Shown piece by piece: positions 18,854 through 29,101 of a DNA stretch of 64,000 bases. Each line of letters starts with the position of its first letter. The first letter of the stretch is position 1. The notes under the pieces were generated by a model that was not told the DNA's origin, searched no databases, and saw only the letters and a list, made by a program, of their open reading frames with translations. The DNA is from Chitinophagales bacterium (GTDB taxonomy: Bacteria; Bacteroidota; Bacteroidia; Chitinophagales; LD1), in assembly GCA_046329495.1 (NCBI GenBank), contig JAXLUO010000016.1, forward strand, positions 21,499 through 85,498. The letters are read 5' to 3'. The position numbers and the translations under genes are program-made.

Positions 18854-19279
18854 GTGTAAAGAAGTGTAAAGTTCATCTTCGCTTTTATCCTGTAAATCCC
18901 CTTTCATCCAGTAAATCCTGGTTGAAAAGTGTAAAGTAGTGTAAAGTTGTCGCTGCTGTGAACAGTGAACCTTTTTAAGTGTAAAACAGTGTAAAGTTGA
19001 AAGGAGGAGCCACTTCCTATTTAATCAAAACAAAAGAAGGCGTCATCCTGTCCCGAGACCTCGGGATTGTTTCAGGATCTGGCTGTTCGGCTTTATTACT
19101 GCTACTGAGAAATCCTAAAAGATGGAAGTAACAATTGAAAAAGTGTAAAGAAGTGTAAAGTTCATCTTCGTTCTTATCCTGTAAATCCCCTTTCATCCAG
19201 TAAATCCTGGTTGAAAAGTGTAAAGAAGTGTAAAGTTTGAACCTGAGCAAATAGCAAAAGTGTAAAGAAGTGTAAAGTT
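18854..19279. repeat. Interspersed array of six 20-bp GTGTAAAG(A/T)AGTGTAAAGTT units
   Basis: Copies start at 18854, 18929, 18979, 19143, 19218 and 19260; includes a 95-bp duplication (18854-18948 vs 19143-19237, 3 mismatches). Confidence 0.95.
19042..19080. repeat. REP-like nested palindrome
   Basis: GTCATCCTG-[TCCCGAGACCTCGGGA]-TTGTTTCAGGATCT: an inner hairpin inside an ATCCTG/CAGGAT outer hairpin. Confidence 0.6.
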
Positions 19280-19455
19280 AGCTTCCTCTCAACAGGAGCA
19301 TCATTACCAGTGCTATGCACCACAACTGTAACTATGCAATCTTTTGTCTGATTTCTATTCTCTGCCTGCAAAACCGCGTCAATCATAAAAATCATATAAA
19401 ATCAGCGTTCTATAAAAGCACCACTCAAAACTCATCACTCCCAACTCATAACTAT

Positions 19456-21483
19456 TTACTGTTGTTGTGCCTCGCGCAAACGCATCTTAATGCTGTTTGC
19501 CATCGTGGTGTTGCCGGTCATTTCATAAGCAACACTCAGGTAATACAAGGCATTAGGGTTCGATGGATTTAAGGCCACAGAAGCATTCAGTGCTGCAATG
19601 CCCTTCTCCATCCGCGATGGATCTTTTTGCACGGTACTTAAGTAAGCCATGCCCAGGTTCATCCAGGCGGCATCGTTCTTTGAATATTTAACGCAGTAAG
19701 GCTCCAGGTAACCAATGGCCGCTTCAAAGTCCTGCTTCTTCAGGGCTTCCTGCCCCAGGTAATCGCCCTTGTCGGTTTTCTTTATCACACACGATAAAGG
19801 CACACCATCCGCATACACTACGTGTATGGCCTGCTCAGGCGGAAAACAGCCGCTCACCAGCAGGTCGCGATCCACAAACCGCGAGTAAAGTATCTCGTAA
19901 TCGGCCGGCACGTTGCTGCGGTTGCGGTAGCTTACATAACCGGTTAATACATCGGTAGTATCCTTAATAAAATAATGATACGTTGGCGCAATGGCATTGC
20001 TGTAAATAAGCGTTTTGCGTCCCGGTGTTTTCAGGTTCTCATGCTCCTTTAACCAATCGGCACATTGCTTCACCGAGTTCATGTAATAATCGGTTTCGTA
20101 GTTCTGGTAAGCGCCTTTAATACCGCCTACCACTTCGTTAAAGTACACATACTCGTTGGGGTGGTTGGCAAACATAAAGCGCGCAGGTAAGGCCATTAAT
20201 ATCAGTATGCCTGCGGCTACCAAATACTTACCAACCCCGCTAACACGGTTCAGGAAGTAGTTGAAGGCTAAGGCTGCCAGTATCACCAAACTTGGATACA
20301 CAAAAAAGAAGTGGCGCATGGTATCATACAACACCGATTTTTTGTAGATAACATACGCAATCGGGAACAGCAGGGTAAAGTAGATAAAGCCAAGCAGCAA
20401 CAGGTTCTTTTCCTTCATCGCCTTTGGTATCAATACCAGCGAAGCCGCAGCGCCTAACAGCGCAAACAGCGGACTGGATATTAAAAACCATTGTGGTATG
20501 TAATTCCAGGGTATAAGCGATATAAACTTGCCGTCCTCTCCTTGTTGGGCTGTAAAAATGTGCTTGCCGTCGAACAGTATGCGCATCGTAACAGGGAACT
20601 TCTCTGCTACACCTAAGGCTTCAAGCGGGTGACTGATAGGGCTTACCAAACCAAAAGGCCAGAAGATAAGCGCCAGCACATAACCTACACCTGCAGCCAG
20701 CAACACGTATTTAAAGCTCGGCCATATGTTCTCCTTAAAGCGCGAGAAGTTAAAGAGTTCGCTCCACCCTAAGCGGGCCAGCATAGCTAAACCGTAGAAC
20801 AGGAACAGGTAAGGTATCAGCAACAAACCACCGATACGTATACCCATCGCCATACCGATGCTGAGCCCAAGGCAGAGAGCGATCTTCCAGTTAGGCTTAG
20901 GTAACTGTTTAAGGAACTTGATGATGAACACGTACGACAGCAGGTAACCGGCCGCCATGGTAATATCCTTCGGGTTGTTCATGCTCTCGCCAAAAAAGCG
21001 TGGCGAGAAGATCATAAACAGCAAAGCCAGTAAGCCGGCTTGCCAGCCTGCCAGTTCCACAGCCACCAAACCGGCGCAAAGCATGGCGGTAAAACCAAAC
21101 ACCGAGTTCCAGGCGTGGCGTACATTCCATTCGTTGGCCGAGCTAAAGGTTTTGCTAAGTATGGCCGCGGTACCGTCGTAAAAGCCCCCGTAATAGCGCA
21201 TAAGGCTATCCGGACCTTTTTCCATGGTGCAGGTTTTATCGGCACCCAGGCTGGTGTAAAAGTTTACCACTCGGTGGCCGTATTCGCGGTGGAAGTTCTC
21301 ATCGCCCGATATACCGTACTGATGGCTAACCGCCAGCATGGTAATAAACAGCACGGCCGCCAGCCCCCAGAAAATGCGCTTGGCCCAAACTTCGGGGATA
21401 AGCGGTGTAAGGGTGATAACAGGTTTGCTTTCGGGCTTTTTGCTTTCAGGTTTTGCAGAAGGCTTGTTCTGATACTTGGCCAT
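19456..21483 (-). CDS. GT-C fold glycosyltransferase (ArnT/PMT_2-like) with C-terminal TPR
   Basis: 675 aa; acidic GDE motif after TM1, about 11 TM segments, PRFFG..MNNPKD and R.GG motifs, C-terminal TPR helices (AWMNLGMAY...ALYYLSVAY). Confidence 0.8.
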   Translation of the reverse strand: MAKYQNKPSAKPESKKPESKPVITLTPLIPEVWAKRIFWGLAAVLFITMLAVSHQYGISGDENFHREYGHRVVNFYTSLGADKTCTMEKGPDSLMRYYGGFYDGTAAILSKTFSSANEWNVRHAWNSVFGFTAMLCAGLVAVELAGWQAGLLALLFMIFSPRFFGESMNNPKDITMAAGYLLSYVFIIKFLKQLPKPNWKIALCLGLSIGMAMGIRIGGLLLIPYLFLFYGLAMLARLGWSELFNFSRFKENIWPSFKYVLLAAGVGYVLALIFWPFGLVSPISHPLEALGVAEKFPVTMRILFDGKHIFTAQQGEDGKFISLIPWNYIPQWFLISSPLFALLGAAASLVLIPKAMKEKNLLLLGFIYFTLLFPIAYVIYKKSVLYDTMRHFFFVYPSLVILAALAFNYFLNRVSGVGKYLVAAGILILMALPARFMFANHPNEYVYFNEVVGGIKGAYQNYETDYYMNSVKQCADWLKEHENLKTPGRKTLIYSNAIAPTYHYFIKDTTDVLTGYVSYRNRSNVPADYEILYSRFVDRDLLVSGCFPPEQAIHVVYADGVPLSCVIKKTDKGDYLGQEALKKQDFEAAIGYLEPYCVKYSKNDAAWMNLGMAYLSTVQKDPSRMEKGIAALNASVALNPSNPNALYYLSVAYEMTGNTTMANSIKMRLREAQQQ

Positions 21484-21565
21484 GGATACGGGTTTGCGGG
21501 GCTAAATATAATGGGAGTTGGCAGTTGGCACACAGCCACAAAGTGTTTGTAGCTATATTCATGCA

Positions 21566-21826
21566 ATGATGAAGCGGTATTGGTGGCTGGTTTTACTCAT
21601 TGCAGGGCAACTGCTCTTTATAGCATTCTTTGTCATGCTATCGCTGGACAATATGCTTACGCTAAAGTATGAGGTAGAAACAGCCATAAGTAACACAGCA
21701 ACGTTGCGAAAGCTCTATCAGATGTTGGATAACTACACCTGGCTTTTCATAGCATTGATAGCCTTGCTGCTGTTTCAAAACATATGGCTTTTTCGTTTGC
21801 TGAGGAAACAAACTTACAATGCTTAA
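21566..21826 (+). CDS. Small two-TM hypothetical membrane protein
   Basis: Start MMKRYWWLVLL; two hydrophobic helices; no recognised family. Confidence 0.55.
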   Translation: MMKRYWWLVLLIAGQLLFIAFFVMLSLDNMLTLKYEVETAISNTATLRKLYQMLDNYTWLFIALIALLLFQNIWLFRLLRKQTYNA

Positions 21827-22017
21827 ACACAAAGCATTTTTACGTGGAATGGTGGTATTTTAACAGTCTTATTAGCCCGATATTCCATGGCTTATTTCTG
21901 AACGTGGCAATAAACAGCATAAGACACTGATTTTCAGCTATCAATTCTTTCCACAATGCACCGGTAAAACGGGGGATAAAAAGGGTTAAAACCACATGAA
22001 AAAGGGAGCCTTTTTGC

Positions 22018-22025
22018 TATCTTCG
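22018..22025 (+). promoter_or_regulatory. -7 promoter box for gyrB
   Basis: TATCTTCG about 60 nt upstream of the ATG. Confidence 0.45.
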
Positions 22026-22084
22026 CCGGGTTAATTACAGCACGCATTTTTTGCCTGCTTTTTTGTTCTAAAAATCTGATGTAA

Positions 22085-24064
<1,980 letters not shown>

Positions 24065-24090
24065 GTCATTGTAACGCCATTGAACATACC

Positions 24091-24123
24091 GAAGGGTCAC
24101 TTATTTTTAAGTGGCCCTTTTTT
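24091..24123 (+). terminator. Intrinsic terminator of gyrB
   Basis: AAGGGTCACTT-ATTTTT-AAGTGGCCCTTT followed by a T run. Confidence 0.8.
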
Positions 24124-24368
24124 AACCATATAAAGTGCCTGAATGCTCATTTTTAACATGGCTTATTGCTCATGGTTTACTACCAAAATTGAATGCTTAA
24201 TCAGATATAGACCGTTTTAGCCTCATTTTTTGTGCTTTTTGCCGCAATTTGAAGTATTCTGATACTGCTAATGGATTGTAAATTCATAAATCACCCAAAT
24301 ACGGCTTGAGGCGGCTTTTTATAAATTGGCCATTCGCTACCTTTACAGATTAAATACAAAACAGCGTA

Positions 24369-27300
24369 ATGAAACGTTTTTTCCCCTTACAGTTTGCGAT
24401 ACTTTTATTTGCATTACTAAACACAGCATCATTAAACGCACAGCGTAAGTGCGGCTCCTACGATCACCTGCAGGATATGATGCAATCCGATCCTGACTTT
24501 GCGGCAAGCCGTCAGGCCATCGAACAACAAACAACAGCCTTTCTTGCCAATCCTGCTAACCTCAACAACAATCGTGCAGTTATTACAATTCCGGTGGTAG
24601 TACACGTAGTTTACAACACTACGGCACAAAACGTTAGTCAGGCACAGATACAATCACAGATTGACCGCTTAAACCTGGACTATAGAAAACTAAATACCGA
24701 TTGGACCAATACACCTTCTGTATGGCAGAGTTTGGTTACTGATTACCAAATTGAATTCTGTTTAGCCAGCCGCGATCCCAACGGTAACAGCACTACGGGT
24801 ATCATCCGCAAGCAAACATCAACCACCTCGTTTAGCACAAACGATAACGTTAAGCGCGCAGCCAACGGCGGCGATGATGCCTGGCCTGCTGCCAGCTACC
24901 TAAACCTGTGGGTTTGTAACCTTAGCGGTGGCGTGTTAGGCTATGCGCAATTCCCCGGTGGCGCAGCTGCTACCGATGGTGTAGTAATTAACTATACTGC
25001 GTTTGGCAGCACCGGTACAGCAGCAGCCCCTTACAACCTGGGCCGCACAGCAACACACGAAATTGGCCACTGGTTAAATCTGTATCACATTTGGGGCGAT
25101 GACGGCACAGCATGCACCGGTTCAGATAACGTAAACGACACACCTAACCAGGCTGATGAAAATTATGGATGCCCCACCTATCCCTCGGTATCCTGCAGCA
25201 ATGGCCCTAACGGCGATATGTTCATGAACTACATGGATTACACCGATGATGCCTGCATGTATATGTTTACTGCCGGCCAATATGCCCGTAGCTCTGCATT
25301 GTTTGCAAGTGGTGGTTCACGCTATAGTTTAACCCAATCGCTGGGTTGCCAGGCGGTTAGTCCGCTGCCGGTAGCTAACTTTAGCGCCACGCCAACTTCA
25401 TCGTGCACAGGCATTATTCAATTCACCGATCTTTCTACAGGCTCACCAACAACCTGGTTATGGAACTTTGGCGATGGTTCTACTTCAACACAACAAAATC
25501 CATCGCACCTATACGGCCAAAACGGTACTTACACAGTAACCTTAACTGTTACCAACTCGTACGGTAACAACACTAAAACATTAACCTCCTACATTACCAT
25601 CAACAAACCAACTGCACCAACCGCAACCGACGTACAACGTTGTGGTCCTGGTAGTGTAACCTTATCATCAAGCACAACCAACCCGGTTAAATGGTACGAT
25701 TCTACAGGTGCAGTTATTTCAACGGCTAATCCGTTTACTACACCTACTATCAATAACACTACTACCTATTGGTTATCCGACTCTGTGCCATCTACCACGT
25801 ACACGGTAGGTATGTCATATACAGGAAGCAATGGCGCCAACTACAATCAAAACAGCGAGCGTGGTGAAGTATTCAATGTATTAAAGTCAGGCACATTAGT
25901 AAGCGTATATGTGTTCGCATCAGGTGCAGGTAACCGTACCATACGATTACTTAATTCAGGTGGAACGGTATTAAGCACTAAAACCGTTAACGTGCCTGCA
26001 GGTGGTAGCCGTGTTACGCTCAATTTCCCTTTAACCGTAGGCACCGGATATCAGCTTACCGCCACCGGACCTGCAAACTTGTTCCGTAACAATCTGTTAG
26101 CCGTCTATCCGTATAACGATGCCGGAGGTATTGTAAGTATAACCGGTAATACTGCTGCTGCTTCGGGTTACTATTATTTCTTCTATGATTGGTATGTAAA
26201 AGAAGCCGATTGTATATCGCAACAGAAAGCCGTAACAGTAACCATTAAACCTGCAATTGTCGCCACCGCAACAACCACCAATATATCCTGCAATGGCGGA
26301 AGCAATGGTTTAATAAGCCTTAACGTAACCAGTGGCACCCCAACCTATTCCTTCAACTGGAGCAATGGAAGCACCAGTAACTTCGCCAACAACTTAGCTG
26401 TTGGTTCGTATACCGTTACCATTACCGATGCAGCAGGTTGCACTACCACCAAAACGTCAAGCATAACACAACCATCAGCACTTACCGCTACAGCAAGTGG
26501 TGCTGGTGCCAACTGCGGACAGAGCAATGGAAGCGCTACTGTAACTGCTACAGGCGGCACTACGGCTTATTCTTACTTATGGAATAATGGCGCTACTACC
26601 GCTTCTTTAAGTAATATACCTGCGGGCACCTATACTGTTACCGTTACAGACAATAACACTTGTACTGCTACAGCTACCACAACGGTTACAAGCTCAAGTT
26701 CTATTAACATTACCCCGGCCAGCACCGCAGCTAATTGCTATGGTATTGCCAATGGCAGTGCAACAGTTAGCGCAACAGGCGGTACACCTGGCTATACCTA
26801 TAACTGGAGCAATGGGGCAACAGGTGCAACAGTCAACAACCTGCTGGCAGGCACCTATACCGTAACAGTGGCCGATGCTTCGGGTTGTTCAACTACCCAA
26901 AGTATTACTGTAAGCCAGCCATCACAATTATCAGTAAACTCAACCACCACCAATGCTTCGTGCGGACAAAGCAACGGTAGCGCAACAGTAAGCGTTAGCG
27001 GCGGCACCAGTGGATATACTTATCACTGGAATACCGGCAGCACTGCGCAAACTTTAAGTAATGTAACATCAGGTAATTATACCATTACCGTAACCGATGC
27101 ACATAATTGCACTACTACCGCCACCACATTTGTTAGCAACAACGGTTCATTCTCAGTTGCTCCAACAATAACCAACATTTCCTGCTTTGGTAACAATACC
27201 GGCAGCGCCAGCCTTAATATTACAGGCGGTACTTCGCCTTACTCCTACAGTTGGAGCAACGGCAGCAGCAACAGCAGCCTTCTTAATGTTTCAGCAGGCA

Positions 27301-28982
27301 CTTACACTGCCACCATTACCGATGCGGCTTCCTGCAATTCTACCGTTAGCATAACTATTACGCAACCAACCGCGCTTTCAGTCAGCAATGCAGTAACCAA
27401 TGTAGCTTGTTCTTACAGCACTAATGGCAGCGTTGCAGCTACCGTTACCGGTGGTTCTCCCGGCTATACTTATATCTGGAGCAACGGTGCTACAACAGCC
27501 ACAACCAACAACCTAACTGCAGGCACTTATACCTTAACAGTTACCGATGCTAACAACTGTACCGGCACCCAAACAAGCACGGTTACTGCACCTGCGGCTT
27601 TAAGCGCAAGTGCGAGTGGCACCAATGCTTCCTGCGGTCAGGCCACAGGCTCAGCATCTGTAAGCGTTAACGGTGGAACAGCCGGTTACGTTTACCAATG
27701 GAACAACGGTGCTAATACAACTACCATCAACAATCTGGCTTCGGGTATCTATACCATTACTGTTACCGATAACAACAATTGTACGGCAACAGCAAGCACT
27801 ACCATTAGCGGAAGCGGTTCGTTGGTGGCTACACCTGCAGTTACCAATGCACTTTGCCATGGTATAGCTAATGGTTCAGTTACATTGTCAACTACTAATG
27901 GTACCGGGCCATATAACTATAGCTGGAGCACCGGTGCAACAGGTGCTACTGCATCAAATCTGGCAGCCGGTTCGTACACCGCAACAGTTACTGATGCAAA
28001 CAATTGCAACACCACTGTTTCGGTTACCGTTAACGAACCTATTGCCTTAACCATACTAACCAACAACCAAATGCCAACCTGCCATGGCAGCTCTAATGCA
28101 GCCAGCAGCGTTGTAGTAACAGGTGGCACAAGTGCCTATACTTATGCCTGGAGCACAGGTGCCAGCACACAGAGCATAACCGGCTTAACTGCCGGCAGTT
28201 ACTCAGTTACTGTAACCGACGCCCATGGTTGCACCGTAAATTCCAACGTAACTATTCCTGAGCCTTCGGTGATTACAGCTTCTGCTACAGCAACAGATGT
28301 TACCTGCTTCGGTAATCAAAATGGTACTGCATCTGTAACTGCACAAGGTGGCACGCCGGGCTATAGCTACATTTGGAGCAATGGTAATTCGGGCGCTACA
28401 GCAAACAACCTGGTAGCCGGAAGTTATACCGCCACTATTACCGATAGCCATGGCTGTACAACAACTGTAACCACTGCCGTTAACCAACCTACTGAAATAC
28501 AATTTAGCACTTCAAGCACTGATGCTACCACCGGCCTAAACAATGGAACAGCCACCGTAGGTAACATTACCGGAGGCGCATCGCCATACACTGTTTTATG
28601 GAGCAATGGTGAAACAGCATTAACAGCAACCGGACTTGCCGGAGGAAGCTACACCGCAACCATCACCGATAGCCATGGCTGCACCCAAACGTCAACAGTA
28701 ATTGTAAACGAAGTAACCGGGCTGAACGACCTGAGCAATATCTTGAACTTCAGCATTTACCCTAACCCTGCCAAATCGAATTTAACCGTGAAGGCGACCT
28801 TTGAGGAAAATGCAGTTATTACTATGCGTAATGTGTTAGGACAAACTGTTACAGTCGTTAATGCCACTAACGGTAACAATATCGTAACCTTAGATGTATC
28901 ACACCTAAGCGCCGGCGTTTACTTTGTAGAGTTGAAAAACGGCGCAAAGTCGGGCATTAAACAAGTGATAATCACACAGTAA
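24369..28982 (+). CDS. T9SS-secreted M43 (pappalysin/ulilysin-like) zinc metalloprotease with PKD, 11 SprB repeats and type-A CTD
   Basis: Signal peptide, prodomain RKCG cysteine switch, HEIGHWLNLYH zinc motif, NYMDY Met-turn, WNFGDG PKD, 11 W(S/N)(N/T)G repeats, IYPNPA...GVYFV CTD. Confidence 0.92.
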   Translation: MKRFFPLQFAILLFALLNTASLNAQRKCGSYDHLQDMMQSDPDFAASRQAIEQQTTAFLANPANLNNNRAVITIPVVVHVVYNTTAQNVSQAQIQSQIDRLNLDYRKLNTDWTNTPSVWQSLVTDYQIEFCLASRDPNGNSTTGIIRKQTSTTSFSTNDNVKRAANGGDDAWPAASYLNLWVCNLSGGVLGYAQFPGGAAATDGVVINYTAFGSTGTAAAPYNLGRTATHEIGHWLNLYHIWGDDGTACTGSDNVNDTPNQADENYGCPTYPSVSCSNGPNGDMFMNYMDYTDDACMYMFTAGQYARSSALFASGGSRYSLTQSLGCQAVSPLPVANFSATPTSSCTGIIQFTDLSTGSPTTWLWNFGDGSTSTQQNPSHLYGQNGTYTVTLTVTNSYGNNTKTLTSYITINKPTAPTATDVQRCGPGSVTLSSSTTNPVKWYDSTGAVISTANPFTTPTINNTTTYWLSDSVPSTTYTVGMSYTGSNGANYNQNSERGEVFNVLKSGTLVSVYVFASGAGNRTIRLLNSGGTVLSTKTVNVPAGGSRVTLNFPLTVGTGYQLTATGPANLFRNNLLAVYPYNDAGGIVSITGNTAAASGYYYFFYDWYVKEADCISQQKAVTVTIKPAIVATATTTNISCNGGSNGLISLNVTSGTPTYSFNWSNGSTSNFANNLAVGSYTVTITDAAGCTTTKTSSITQPSALTATASGAGANCGQSNGSATVTATGGTTAYSYLWNNGATTASLSNIPAGTYTVTVTDNNTCTATATTTVTSSSSINITPASTAANCYGIANGSATVSATGGTPGYTYNWSNGATGATVNNLLAGTYTVTVADASGCSTTQSITVSQPSQLSVNSTTTNASCGQSNGSATVSVSGGTSGYTYHWNTGSTAQTLSNVTSGNYTITVTDAHNCTTTATTFVSNNGSFSVAPTITNISCFGNNTGSASLNITGGTSPYSYSWSNGSSNSSLLNVSAGTYTATITDAASCNSTVSITITQPTALSVSNAVTNVACSYSTNGSVAATVTGGSPGYTYIWSNGATTATTNNLTAGTYTLTVTDANNCTGTQTSTVTAPAALSASASGTNASCGQATGSASVSVNGGTAGYVYQWNNGANTTTINNLASGIYTITVTDNNNCTATASTTISGSGSLVATPAVTNALCHGIANGSVTLSTTNGTGPYNYSWSTGATGATASNLAAGSYTATVTDANNCNTTVSVTVNEPIALTILTNNQMPTCHGSSNAASSVVVTGGTSAYTYAWSTGASTQSITGLTAGSYSVTVTDAHGCTVNSNVTIPEPSVITASATATDVTCFGNQNGTASVTAQGGTPGYSYIWSNGNSGATANNLVAGSYTATITDSHGCTTTVTTAVNQPTEIQFSTSSTDATTGLNNGTATVGNITGGASPYTVLWSNGETALTATGLAGGSYTATITDSHGCTQTSTVIVNEVTGLNDLSNILNFSIYPNPAKSNLTVKATFEENAVITMRNVLGQTVTVVNATNGNNIVTLDVSHLSAGVYFVELKNGAKSGIKQVIITQ

Positions 28983-29034
28983 TAATCTTTTTGCCTATCG
29001 GCCACAACCGATAAGATTAACGGCACTGATACCG

Positions 29035-29080
29035 GTTAGCCATAGCTTCCGAAAGCGGAAGTTATGGCTAACTTTACTTT
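29035..29080 (+). terminator. 17-bp stem-loop (terminator or stabilising hairpin) between protease genes
   Basis: GTTAGCCATAGCTTCCG-AAAG-CGGAAGTTATGGCTAAC followed by TTTACTTT. Confidence 0.6.
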
Positions 29081-29101
29081 AGCACAAAACCATCTCCTCC
29101 G

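Noticed and set aside
18854-19279. CRISPR array
   Set aside because: The repeat is only 20 bp and internally tandem, spacers range from 22 to 144 nt, two are near-identical, and no cas gene or leader is present.
18480-19455. Replication origin (AT-rich repeats near gyrB)
   Set aside because: No cluster of TTATCCACA-like DnaA boxes and no dnaA/dnaN/gidA in the window; gyrB alone is not diagnostic.
18691-19572. Short ORFs 18691-18876, 19017-19250, 19174-19395 and 19315-19572
   Set aside because: They overlap each other in several frames, and their repeated peptides (LYTSLHF, TLHFFTL) are simply translations of the DNA repeat.
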